NCBI GenBank assembly: GCA_963788655.1
Contig: CAWBHS010000110.1
Span: forward strand, 139,299-203,298
DNA from: an uncultured Verrucomicrobiae bacterium
GTDB lineage: Bacteria > Verrucomicrobiota > Verrucomicrobiia > Limisphaerales > JAFGQR01
Direction: 5' to 3'
Length of the DNA stretch: 64,000 nt
Notes under the pieces: generated by a model
Databases searched by the model: none
What the model was told of the DNA's origin: nothing
Seen by the model: the letters and a program-made list of their open reading frames with translations, nothing else
Program-made: the position numbers and the translations under genes
Part shown: one piece after another, positions 21,277-31,234 of the stretch
Layout of the letters: each line of letters begins with the position of its first letter
Position numbering within the stretch: the first letter of the stretch is position 1

Positions 21277-23709
21277 ATGAGCACCAAGAACCCTGCCCCC
21301 GATTTTGCAAAGTCTCCGAACAGCCCGGCGCTGGACTGGCGATCCCTTATGCCGACAATCGTTGCTGGCCTGCTAAGCTGGATGGTCATCGCCCTCGGCT
21401 TTCTCGGGCTGAAAATGCTGATGCAACAGCGTCCTGAGTTTACCGGCCAACCGGTGCGGTTCTCGAAAACCGAGTTGGTCCAGGAATCGCCGCAGGTGGC
21501 CATCCGCAAAGTGTCGGACGATCTTTCGGTGATCAAGCCGGCGCAACCGGAGCATTCCGAGGTTCACTTCGAAATGACAGGACGCCGCGATTATCGAGGG
21601 CTGCGGACGATCATTGACATGTCGGGAGAATTTCGCGGTCGCTATGTGCTGACCAACGCGTTTGCGGAGCCGATCTTCATTCTGTTCAAATGCCCGCATC
21701 CGCGGACAGCATCCGGGCATCCGCAAGGCCTGCTGGCGAGCGGGCTCAAGTTGCAGTCCTCGGTTCCGGGGATCACGGAAAACGCCGAGACGGCCTGGTT
21801 TTGGAGCGGGTCGATTGCGGCTCATCAGGAGGCAATCATTGATTTGGTTTATCAGGTGTCATCGCTGAAAGGAGTCACCTATCAGGTGAGCGAAAAAGGC
21901 GGCCGAACTGTGAAGCAGCTTAGCATTGTTTTCCATCGGAACGATCTCGCGTCGATGGCCTTTGAAAGCGGGGAGGGAGGGATCGCTGCTACGGACGACA
22001 CCGTGGTCTGGGAACGGACCGATTTCCTGGCGCCGGATTTCTTCTCGGCGCACATCGTGGAGGGCCGCAACTTGTATGCTTCGCTTTCGCAGTTGCTGGA
22101 GATCGGTCCGTTGGTTTGCCTGTTGTTCCTGGTGGCCGTGTCGGCAATTATCCTGGCGCGGCAACGGTTGACGGTGCTGCAAATGCTGACGATCAGCGCC
22201 GGATTTGCGTTGTATTTTCCCCTGATGCTCTACTTGAGTTCGCGCTTCTCCTTTGCCGTTGCTTTAATCATTGCGGTGCTGGTTCCCGGAGCACTGTTGG
22301 TCAATTACGCGCGCTGGCTGTTGGGAAGTGTTCTGGGGCTGTTGGGCGGCCTGGTTTTCTTGGGGCTCTATCAGGTGTTTCCCACTCTGGCGGCGTTTGC
22401 CGGATGGAACCGGGGAATGGTGCTGCTGGCCTTGGGCACGGTAACGCTGTGGGTGTTGATCAATCTGCAAAACCAAACGCTAAAACAAAAGGCTGCCGTT
22501 ACTGCGGTGCTGTTGCTGTTGGCCGTGCCGGGTGCGATGCGCGCGGGGGAGATTCAGGTGATCGTGCCGGCCCAACTGGCGGAAACGTTGCTCCATCCCG
22601 AATCTAATGACCGTCCGCCGCTCATTTCCTGCGAGCCGGCGGCGTATCAGATTCGCCAGGAAGCGGGGTATTTCATTGTTCAAGTAACGCTGCCTTTTCA
22701 AGCGTTGCGAGTTGGGACGGAACCGGTTTCCCTGTTTGATGTCCCGGTGTATTTGCAGGAAAGCCATGTCGAAAGTTCCACGCCGGACGTGGCTCGGCTG
22801 ATCCCAGTTACGAACGGCTTGAGCCTCTACGTTCAGAAGCCTGGCCCGGGAACGCTCCAATGCTCCTATCGGGTACCGATCGAATTTCACGAGGGCAAAC
22901 AACGAGCGCGCATTCCCATGTTGCGCGGCACTCCTGGCCAGGTGCGACTAATGTCGGACCGTGCCAACCTGGCAATCTCGCAGGGGAGTTTGTGGGCGCG
23001 GACGGAAACCAACCACCTGAGCGTGTATGACATTGGCACGGCGGGGGAAGGCTTGCTGGTCGTCGAATGGCGTGGGCCGGAAGAGGGTTTCGCACGCGGT
23101 GCCGGTTCGGAAGCGTCAGGAGCAAAGGAATTTTATGGCATTGGCATCACGCGCGCCCAAAACCTGACCGTCATCAACTCGGACGGCAGTTGCACCCATT
23201 TTGCGGAATTCGAAGTACCCGCCTCGCCGGCGGAGGAATTCAGCTTACGGTTGCCGGCCGCGGCCCGGCTGATTTCCGTTTCGGTAAATGGCATCGAGAT
23301 CGGCTCGCCGACGGTGGAAGGGCAGCGCTGCCGAATTCGGCTTCCCGATCGCAGTGTCCGGCAAACTGCGCATCAGTTGTCGTTTCGAATTGCGTACGCT
23401 CCGGAAGTGCTCGGGTTTGTGGGCCAGGTTGAGTTGACTTTGCCCGAAGTCTTCCAATCCGTGGGCACGTTGGAATGGGTGGTCGTCTTGCCACGGGGAT
23501 TCGACACGCAGGTAGTTTCCAGTGGACTCGAAGTCCAAAAAACGGCGCCGGACTTGAACCAATTCGGCGACTACGGGCGGGTTCTGAAATCTCATTCGCA
23601 CATTTACCTCGCCAAGGACCTGGCTCCGCCCGGCTTGGTCAGCTTGAACTTACGGTACCATCAAATCATTCCGGGCCTCCGCGAATCAAACCACGAAGAG
23701 CAACGGTAG
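21277..23709 (+). CDS. Membrane protein: CreD-like N-terminal/TM region fused to a large C-terminal soluble domain
   Basis: N-terminal TM, soluble region, then ~6 TM helices resembling the CreD C-terminus (LTVLQMLTISAGFALYFPLMLYLS..FSFAVALIIA), then ~380 aa beta-rich domain. Confidence 0.6.
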   Translation: MSTKNPAPDFAKSPNSPALDWRSLMPTIVAGLLSWMVIALGFLGLKMLMQQRPEFTGQPVRFSKTELVQESPQVAIRKVSDDLSVIKPAQPEHSEVHFEMTGRRDYRGLRTIIDMSGEFRGRYVLTNAFAEPIFILFKCPHPRTASGHPQGLLASGLKLQSSVPGITENAETAWFWSGSIAAHQEAIIDLVYQVSSLKGVTYQVSEKGGRTVKQLSIVFHRNDLASMAFESGEGGIAATDDTVVWERTDFLAPDFFSAHIVEGRNLYASLSQLLEIGPLVCLLFLVAVSAIILARQRLTVLQMLTISAGFALYFPLMLYLSSRFSFAVALIIAVLVPGALLVNYARWLLGSVLGLLGGLVFLGLYQVFPTLAAFAGWNRGMVLLALGTVTLWVLINLQNQTLKQKAAVTAVLLLLAVPGAMRAGEIQVIVPAQLAETLLHPESNDRPPLISCEPAAYQIRQEAGYFIVQVTLPFQALRVGTEPVSLFDVPVYLQESHVESSTPDVARLIPVTNGLSLYVQKPGPGTLQCSYRVPIEFHEGKQRARIPMLRGTPGQVRLMSDRANLAISQGSLWARTETNHLSVYDIGTAGEGLLVVEWRGPEEGFARGAGSEASGAKEFYGIGITRAQNLTVINSDGSCTHFAEFEVPASPAEEFSLRLPAAARLISVSVNGIEIGSPTVEGQRCRIRLPDRSVRQTAHQLSFRIAYAPEVLGFVGQVELTLPEVFQSVGTLEWVVVLPRGFDTQVVSSGLEVQKTAPDLNQFGDYGRVLKSHSHIYLAKDLAPPGLVSLNLRYHQIIPGLRESNHEEQR

Positions 23710-23864
23710 GCGGGGACGGACAGCGACGGCAGGATGGGGGAGTGAGGCTTGATCGCAGAAGGACTCGTGTCGTGGATACCAAATACCGGATGCCGAATCT
23801 TCAATGCCGGATCGAGACTTTCATTTTGGAAACAAATGAGTCAGGTCGTGCTCCCGCTTCTACC

Positions 23865-23901
23865 TCCGGTATCCGGTATCTGGTATCCAGCATCCGGTAT
23901 C
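23865..23901. repeat. Heptamer tandem (TCCGGTA)x5, with complementary arm at 23774-23796
   Basis: tccggta tccggta tctggta tccagca tccggta; upstream ggataccaaataccggatgccga. Confidence 0.75.
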
Positions 23902-24241
23902 AATCAAACCACTCGTCGCGGGGATCGAAGGCCGGAATTGGAATGTTGATGAGCCGGAGTTGCCCGATGGCGCGATGTCGGCACCCTGGACGGATATAAA
24001 TGGCGGTCATTGGTTTTACGGGGATCAGTTCCCCGTCCAGTTCCATCTGGCCTTCGCCTTCCAGGACCAAGTAGATCTCCGTCATTTGCTTGTGATAATG
24101 CGTCTGAGAATCCTGCTGGATGTCCACCAGGTGGAGGCTGGCGGCGTTCTCCGGCGCATTTGCAAATGCCCGGCGCGCAAAACCGCAGGGGCAGCGGGAA
24201 GCAGGAACTTGGTCCAGTTGAGCGACGAGGTAATTGGCCAT
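23900..24241 (-). CDS. Cupin domain protein
   Basis: HYHKQMTEIYLVLEGEG and IRPGCRH cupin motifs. Confidence 0.88.
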   Translation of the reverse strand: MANYLVAQLDQVPASRCPCGFARRAFANAPENAASLHLVDIQQDSQTHYHKQMTEIYLVLEGEGQMELDGELIPVKPMTAIYIRPGCRHRAIGQLRLINIPIPAFDPRDEWFD

Positions 24242-24428
24242 AAACAATGGTGGCGTGGTGCCGAGTCAGATGCCTTTAAGGCCGCCAAGCCAAGTCATCT
24301 GCCTGGAATATATTGTGTCGCGACCGCCTCCCATCAAGAATGGAGTTTGCAATTGTTGCCGCGATGTCGTCGTGGCCCGGAACGCGCGTGTCCAGCCAAA
24401 GCCGCCAACCATGGACTGGCTGACCAGC

Positions 24429-24893
24429 TCAGGTCGTTTGCGGTTGAACTTGCACGGGGGCCGGTGCGGGCTGGGGAGTTGCCTCGACTGGGCTGGGCCT
24501 GAACTGCCTGTCAAAGTGGTCAATCACTTGGCGCAGTTCACTCTTCGCGAGTTTGCTTTCCACGTAACCGGAGACGGTGGAAACTAGAATTCTGGATTCG
24601 ACCGGCGGCAGTTGCTTGACGACGCCGTTGAGCAGTTCCCGGGCGACGGCGGAGAAGGTGTTGACGTTGTTGTACCGAAACGGCCCTTCCTTGATGCAGT
24701 GCAGCATGGTATCCAGGGCCTCCGGGAGGGCAATCTCCCGCGCGGCGGCAGTTTCCCAAAGTTTGCGCACGTAATCGTAACGTTGGGGGGTCAGTTCGTG
24801 CGCGACTTTGCCGGCCACGCACAATTGCTGGTTTTGTTCGACCACGCGGGACCAGGGCACCACGTCCAGCCAATTTTTCGGTTTGGAAATCAC
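24429..24893 (-). CDS. Hypothetical helical protein with a degenerate Fic/Doc-like motif
   Basis: 154-aa ORF from GTG; 'HCIKEGPFRYNNVNTF' loosely resembles HPFxDGNGR. Confidence 0.6.
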   Translation of the reverse strand: MISKPKNWLDVVPWSRVVEQNQQLCVAGKVAHELTPQRYDYVRKLWETAAAREIALPEALDTMLHCIKEGPFRYNNVNTFSAVARELLNGVVKQLPPVESRILVSTVSGYVESKLAKSELRQVIDHFDRQFRPSPVEATPQPAPAPVQVQPQTT

Positions 24894-25477
24894 AGAGGTT
24901 CTTTGGGTTAAGGTTCTATTTGGGTTCAGGCTGTCTTGCGCGCCCGTCACCGGACCAGATTCGATTTTCTGGCCACGACTTTGCCGGCAGCGCGCGGTAC
25001 CATTCCTCGATCCCATCGCCCACCGCCGCGTTGCCCGGCGATGGTTTCGGAATGGTTATGGTTCGAAACATATTCAGTAGTTTAAGCAGCAAAGCTCCGC
25101 AGGTCAATCTCGTGAATGTACCCATTCGGACCCCGGTTAATTACGTACTTTTCCGCCCCCACGGGAACAGCCATTCACCAAGAATGGCCTCCGCCAGCAC
25201 ACCGTTGATGCGGTACCTGACTGGCGGGCACCTCCACTACCCCACCTCCTGCCTGCCTTGCCTCGTCCAGCAGACGTTGGAAGACTTAGGTTAAGGTGGT
25301 GCTTGATCGACTACCCAAATCCGGTCCGCTGTTCCCCAGCCTGGCCAGGATGCGCGGTTCCAAAACGTCCATTTGGTTTTCGGTTTTCGGGCTTCAATCG
25401 GATCTCGGATTCAGTATCGCTTTTCGTGGCGCAACTTCGGGTTGCCAGCGGGGTTATTACCGGCAACCATTACGGCC

Positions 25478-26674
25478 ATGCAATTGGACGCTTTCATTGC
25501 CACGGCGCGGGAACAGGATGCCAGCGACTTGCACCTGGAACCCGGCCTCCCCCTGGCCCTGCGCATTCGTGGGACCCTGCGGACTGTGGGACAACCGATC
25601 CCGGGGCCAACCCTGCTTGAGGTGGCCCGCGAAGTGATTGGCAGCGAACAATGGCCCCATTTTATCGAGCGCCGCTCGCTGGATCTCTCGCGGACCATTG
25701 CCGGCGTGCGCTGTCGGATTAACGTGTTGCACACGGCGCGGGGCGTCGGCCTGGCAGTGCGGTTGTTGTCCTCGTTCCAGGCCACTCTCGACAAGTTGAA
25801 CCTGCACCCGGAACTCAAACGGCTCGTGGCACCGCACAACGGTCTGGTGCTGGTGAGCGGCCCAACCGGTTGTGGCAAGTCCACCACCATGGCGGCCTTG
25901 CTCCAGGAAATCAATTTGAATGAGGCCCGGCACATCATCACCATTGAAAGCCCGATTGAATACACCTTCCGCCCCCGATCGGCTTACATTCGTCAGCGGG
26001 AAGTCGGGCGGGACACGCCGTCGTTCGAACAGGCGCTGCTGGATGCGTTGCGGGAAGATCCCGACGTGCTGATGGTCGGCGAAATGCGCGACCCGGAAAC
26101 CATGCGGCTGACATTGGCGGCAGCGGAAACCGGCCATCTCGTGTTGGCCACGGTACACTCCTCGACGGCCGCGGAGGCACTGCAGCGGATCGTGTCCGCC
26201 TTTCCCTCCGACATCCAAAGCGCCGTGCGTTCCCAATTGGCCGACTGTCTCGTGGGCGCCATTTGTCAGCGATTGCGTTTCCGACCGGACTTGAAAATCC
26301 GCGTGCCCGAGTGCGAAATCCTGACGGCCAGCATGGCGGTGAAGGCCTTCATCCGCAGCGGCGATTTCTTCAAGATCTCTTCAGCCATCGAAACCGGCGC
26401 CGACTTTGGCATGTGGACCTGGCAACGGTACCAGCTCTGGCTCGATAAAAAGCGAGATTGGCACATTGCCACGCCGGATGAACGCGCGGATAACGACGCG
26501 ACCGAAACCGCACCACTTGCCAATCCACTGCCTCCAAGATCATCCGCTTCCTCGCCTTCACCGCGAACCCAGCCCACCGTCACTCGCCCGGCCAATCCGT
26601 CGGCAAGCCCCATTGAAATCGAGCCGGAGGAAGGCGGGCTGGAAGAAGTGCTCAAGAAACTCAAGGATAAGTAA
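25478..26674 (+). CDS. pilT: PilT/PilU-family type IV pilus ATPase
   Basis: ASDLHL, GLVLVSGPTGCGKST, QREVGRDT.SF..AL..ALREDPDVLMVGEMRD.ET, AAETGHLVLATVH. Confidence 0.88.
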   Translation: MQLDAFIATAREQDASDLHLEPGLPLALRIRGTLRTVGQPIPGPTLLEVAREVIGSEQWPHFIERRSLDLSRTIAGVRCRINVLHTARGVGLAVRLLSSFQATLDKLNLHPELKRLVAPHNGLVLVSGPTGCGKSTTMAALLQEINLNEARHIITIESPIEYTFRPRSAYIRQREVGRDTPSFEQALLDALREDPDVLMVGEMRDPETMRLTLAAAETGHLVLATVHSSTAAEALQRIVSAFPSDIQSAVRSQLADCLVGAICQRLRFRPDLKIRVPECEILTASMAVKAFIRSGDFFKISSAIETGADFGMWTWQRYQLWLDKKRDWHIATPDERADNDATETAPLANPLPPRSSASSPSPRTQPTVTRPANPSASPIEIEPEEGGLEEVLKKLKDK

Positions 26675-26734
26675 GCGGACGGATTTAACCTTCACTTGCT
26701 CCGCGAGCGCCCTTGCCGTAGCCTGAGGGCCGTT

Positions 26735-27907
26735 ATGGACGAAAATACTGTGCCGCCGTCGTCATCATATTCCTCGCCCCCACCCGGAATTCCGCCGGTG
26801 CTGCCGGCAACTTCGCTCTATGCCCGGCGTCCACCCCGGAGGAATGGCTGGCGGATTGCCGCCATTATTCTTGGCGTGCTGCTGATCTTCAGCTTGTTGA
26901 GTCACGTCGGGATGATCCTGAGTTCCGTGGTCAACAGCATTGGCGGGACCACGTATGCCAACGCGAGCCGGTTGGAAGAAGTGGTCATCGAATCGCACGA
27001 CTCGGCCAACAAGATCGCCGTGATCCCGGTCGTCGGCCTGATCTTCGACGGCAGCGTGGACCGTGGCGGTTACACATTGGTAAAATACATCCAGGATCAA
27101 CTGGATCTGGCGGGACGCGATCCGCACGTTCGCGCCGTGTTGCTGAAGGTGGATTCGCCCGGTGGCGAAGTGTTGGCCTCGGACAACATCAGTCAGGCCA
27201 TCGCTGATTTTCAAAAGAAGACGGGCAAACCGATCATTGCGTCCATGGGGAGTGTGGCCGCTTCGGGCGGTTATTATGTGTCGTCGCACTGCCGGTGGCT
27301 GGTGGCCAATGAACTGACCATCACCGGCAGCATCGGCGTGATCATGCACAACTACAATTACCGCGGCTTGATGGACAAGATCGGCGTTCGCCCGCAGGTC
27401 TTCAAGAGCGGCCGATTCAAAGACATGCTGAGCAGCACCAGGGAATTGGAGAACTTGTCGCCGCAAGAAAAGGCAACCTTGGACGAGGAAGCGCAGATGG
27501 TTCAACAGTTGATCGATGAGACGTTCAAGCGGTTCAAAGAAGTGGTGGCGGCGGGGCGGCAAAGCGCCAATAAATTGAACCAAGGCAATGCCGGCGCCGC
27601 CGGTCGCCCCCTGGTGGAGGATTGGGAGAAGTACGCCGATGGCCGCATCCTGTCCGGCAAGCAAGCTTACGAATATGGATTCGTCGATGAATTGGGCAAT
27701 TGGCAAACCGCAGTCAAGCGCGCGTATCGCCTGGCCAATATCCAAAGCGCCAACCTGGTCCAGTATCAGCAACCATTCGAACTGTCGAATTTGTTCCGCA
27801 TCCTGGGCAAGAGCGAGCCACCCAGCATCAAGCTCGATCTCGGAATGGACCTGCCGAAATTGCGAGCGGGTTTGTTGTACTTCCTGTCGCCCACCTACGT
27901 ACAGTAA
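26735..27907 (+). CDS. sppA: Signal peptide peptidase SppA (S49)
   Basis: N-terminal TM, VDSPGGEV, SMGSVAASGGYY, TGSIGVI, KSGRFKD, ADGRILSG. Confidence 0.92.
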   Translation: MDENTVPPSSSYSSPPPGIPPVLPATSLYARRPPRRNGWRIAAIILGVLLIFSLLSHVGMILSSVVNSIGGTTYANASRLEEVVIESHDSANKIAVIPVVGLIFDGSVDRGGYTLVKYIQDQLDLAGRDPHVRAVLLKVDSPGGEVLASDNISQAIADFQKKTGKPIIASMGSVAASGGYYVSSHCRWLVANELTITGSIGVIMHNYNYRGLMDKIGVRPQVFKSGRFKDMLSSTRELENLSPQEKATLDEEAQMVQQLIDETFKRFKEVVAAGRQSANKLNQGNAGAAGRPLVEDWEKYADGRILSGKQAYEYGFVDELGNWQTAVKRAYRLANIQSANLVQYQQPFELSNLFRILGKSEPPSIKLDLGMDLPKLRAGLLYFLSPTYVQ

Positions 27908-27909
27908 CG

Positions 27910-28533
27910 ATGAAATTCGTTACCGTCATCGAGCATCCTTTGGTGCAGCACAACCTGAGGATTTTGCGGGACCATCGCACCCAACCGCAGGAGTTCCGGC
28001 GCGTGCTGGGCGAAGTCGCCGCGTTGATGGTGTATGAGGCCACCCGCGCGTTCGAGACGCGCACTGTTTCCGTCACCACCCCGTTGGCGCGCACGCGTGG
28101 ACTGGAGTTGCGTCGCGAAGTCATTCTCGTGCCGATCTTGCGGGCCGGGCTGGGTATGATGTCACCCATTCTGCAATTGATCCCGCACGCGCGGGTCGGC
28201 TTCATCGGCCTGAAACGGCACGAAGAAACGCTCGAAGCCACCGTGTACCACCGCAGTCTGCCGCCACGCCTCAAGGATTTCGAAATCATCCTGATCGATC
28301 CGATGCTGGCTACGGGCGGCAGTGCCGTGGCGGCGCTGGATTTGATCCGCCAGCAAGGCGGACGGCGGATGTGTCTGGTGAACCTGGTGGCTGCGCCGGA
28401 GGGCATTGCCCGGGTGCGGGCGGATTACGCGCGCCTGCCCATCTTCACCGCGGCGATAGACCGCAAGCTCAACGAGCGCGCTTACATTGTTCCTGGATTG
28501 GGCGATGCCGGTGACCGGTTGTTCGGCGTGTGA
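27910..28533 (+). CDS. upp: Uracil phosphoribosyltransferase
   Basis: HPLVQH, VPILRAGLGM, DPMLATGGSA, YIVPGLGDAGDRLFG. Confidence 0.96.
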   Translation: MKFVTVIEHPLVQHNLRILRDHRTQPQEFRRVLGEVAALMVYEATRAFETRTVSVTTPLARTRGLELRREVILVPILRAGLGMMSPILQLIPHARVGFIGLKRHEETLEATVYHRSLPPRLKDFEIILIDPMLATGGSAVAALDLIRQQGGRRMCLVNLVAAPEGIARVRADYARLPIFTAAIDRKLNERAYIVPGLGDAGDRLFGV

Positions 28534-28810
28534 GTTGCCGGAAGCCTGGGTTGACAAACTCCGTGACTGGAGCGCCAGGCCACTTTCCTCAATCCTCCGG
28601 AGCGCGGATGCCTTCATCCGCACGCGCTGGCTCGACTGTGACCACGCGGACAAATACCTCCGCGCTCCGCGACATAGAGTCCGCCCAAAGAGATTGCGGA
28701 GGTCGTGCGCCGTGCTTTAGACTTACGCCCAGACCTGATGACGGACGGGAACGCTGGTGCGCGAGTTCGTCAGTTCATGGCATGAACGATCAAATAACTG
28801 GAATGCGATT

Positions 28811-29578
28811 ATGAAAAACCTCGTCCGATTTCTGCTGCACTGTACCTGTCCTCGCGCTGACCGCCTTGGTCGCGTTGCCATCCCTGCACGCCAGCGACAA
28901 ACCGGCCAACGATTCCATCCGAATCCTGCTGGTCACGGGCGGCCATGAGTACGAAGAGGAACCGTTCCTCGACGTGTTTCGCAGTTTCGCCGAACGTCAC
29001 CTTTAAGCATGTGACGCATCCCAACGCCCAGGCGCTGTTCCAACCGACAGCGGCCCGGCAATACGATGTCCTGGTGCTGTACGACATGTGGGAGAAGATC
29101 GACGACGCGACCAAGGAGAACTTCAAGGCACTGTTGAACAACGGCAAAGGCCTGGTGGTCTTGCACCATGCCATTGCCAATTACAACGATTGGGACGATT
29201 ACGCCAAAATCATCGGCGCGAAATATTATCTCAATCCGATGACGGTCGATGGCGTCAATAAACCCCGTTCTCTGTGGAAACATGGCGTGGACATCAAGGT
29301 GCATATCGTTGATCCCAACCACCCGGTCACCCGCGGGCTGAAGGACTTTGAAATCCACGACGAAACCTACAATCTGTTTGAACGTCTATCCCGGCGTGAC
29401 GCCGCTGCTGACCGCCACCGCACCCACGAGCGCCAAGACGATTGGCTGGGCTAAAACTTACGGGAAGTCGCGCCTGGTTTATATCCAATTGGGCCATGAC
29501 CACTTTGCCTATGAGAATTCCAATTATCGTCAACTCATCCATCAGGCCATTCGCTGGGTGACTCCGGCGAGCCATTAG
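28811..29578 (+). CDS. Secreted ThuA-like domain protein (frameshifts ~28870 and ~29380)
   Basis: IRILLVTGGH, YDVLVLYDM, GKGLVVLHHA, HPVTRGL.DFEIHDETY, WAKTYGKSRLVYIQLGHD. Confidence 0.8.
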
Positions 29579-29628
29579 CCAATCGTTCCGGCTCAGCGAC
29601 GATGGTTATACCAGCCAGAAAAGCGCCC

Positions 29629-30312
29629 ATGTCAAAACCAACCGATCCCCAAGCCATCGCCCAATATATCGATCACACGCTCCTGAAACCGGAAGCCATG
29701 GCGAAGGACCTCGAGCAGCTTTGCGCGGAGGCCCGGGAGCATCAGTTTTACAGCGTGTGCGTCAACGGATCGCGGGTGGAGTTGGCGAAGCATTTACTGG
29801 AAGGCAGCGATGTGAAGGTGGCGAGCGTCGTGGGATTTCCGTTGGGTGCCATGAGTTCCGATGCCAAACGCTTCGAAACCGAAGCCACCATTGACGACGG
29901 CGCCCAGGAGATCGACTTGGTGCTGAATATTGGACAGCTCAAGGAAGGCGACAGCGCGTGGTATTGCGCGAACTCCGGGACGTGGTGGAAGCCGCAGAAG
30001 AACGGCCGGTGAAAGTCATCATCGAAACCTGCCTTTTGACGCGCGACGAGAAAATCCTCGCCTGCCAACTCATCGTGGAAGCCGGGGCGCAGTTCGTCAA
30101 AACCTCCACCGGATTCAACCGCGGCGGCGCCACGATCGAGGACGTTAAACTGCTGCGGGAAACCGTGGGGCCCAAGATTCGGAGTCAAAGCCGCCGGCGG
30201 TATCCGCGACATTCAAACTGCGTTGGCGATGATCGAAGCCGGCGCCACGCGGTTGGGCACCTCGAACGGCGTGGCGATTGTCCAAGGGCTCAAGGGTGGC
30301 GGCAGTTACTGA
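29629..30312 (+). CDS. deoC: Deoxyribose-phosphate aldolase (two frameshifts)
   Basis: [54 protein letters not shown]. Confidence 0.93.
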
Positions 30313-30411
30313 GCTGCTTAAATATCTCCCATGCAGACAGGTTCGCTACATGGGAGCCGAGGGCAAGGCACTTGGAAACCAGTCCCCAACCGACGCTTCA
30401 ACCAGTAACGG

Positions 30412-30831
30412 TCAGGCCGGTGCGACCAGCGGGATCACTTGGCGTTCGAAGCGGCGGTAAACCTGGAAATCCTGCTTGTCGAGGGTAAACACACGGCAAT
30501 CGCGGTGCAATTCAGACATGCGCACCAAACAGGCATCCGCCAGTTGCATCTTCTGGTCGCTGTACTTCTCCAACAGGTGCGCCACCGGAGCGGCATGGTC
30601 TTCCAAGCGAAAGGGAGCGGCAATCACCTTACGTTCAAACAACGCCAGCACCTTTTCGCCCGGAAGCCCGGCATGTTCCCACAACAAATAGGTTGCTTCG
30701 GCCAGGACCGCTTCGCAGGTCAGCATGGGCACCGGGGCATGCGCCCATCGGTCCTTGGCCCATTCGTGATCGGCGTCGCTACGGTCAAAGAAGGCAACCA
30801 GCGGGCCAGTGTCCAGCAGCCACGCGGTCAT
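30412..30831 (-). CDS. PIN-domain toxin (VapC-like)
   Basis: [37 protein letters not shown] overlap with upstream antitoxin. Confidence 0.88.
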   Translation of the reverse strand: MTAWLLDTGPLVAFFDRSDADHEWAKDRWAHAPVPMLTCEAVLAEATYLLWEHAGLPGEKVLALFERKVIAAPFRLEDHAAPVAHLLEKYSDQKMQLADACLVRMSELHRDCRVFTLDKQDFQVYRRFERQVIPLVAPA

Positions 30832-31058
30832 CGCCCAAAGCCTTTCAGATGCTTCTGGTTCCGGGCCAGATCGCGCAAGCCGCTCTCGACACATCCGCAC
30901 AAGTCCGCCGCCAGATCGAGCGCCGTCTGGCGCTGACGCTGCTGGTGCTGCTGGAGAATCTGCCGCACCAAAGCGGATTTCGGCTGGTGGGTGCGTTTAG
31001 CCTCGTTCTCCAACCATCCCAGCAATCCATCAGGCAGTTTCATCGTCAACGTCTTCAT
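30828..31058 (-). CDS. Ribbon-helix-helix antitoxin (VapB/CopG-like)
   Basis: MKTLTMKLPDGL...KSALVRQIL RHH pattern, directly upstream of the PIN gene. Confidence 0.8.
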   Translation of the reverse strand: MKTLTMKLPDGLLGWLENEAKRTHQPKSALVRQILQQHQQRQRQTALDLAADLCGCVESGLRDLARNQKHLKGFGR

Positions 31059-31234
31059 GACACGACAGTAACACCCGACTGCCAGAATGGCAATACTCGG
31101 AAAACATACTCAGGAAGGCACTCACGCAAAGAAATCCGACATCCGAGATTCAGAATCCGATTGACCGAATTCCATGCTTCTGAACGACTATGAGGCAACT
31201 CGTTTCCCAACTGTTCCGCTCGTGAAATGGAAAC

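Noticed and set aside
28534..28785. Protein-like remnant between upp and the ThuA-like gene
   Set aside because: No start codon, needs a frameshift, and no family is recognisable.
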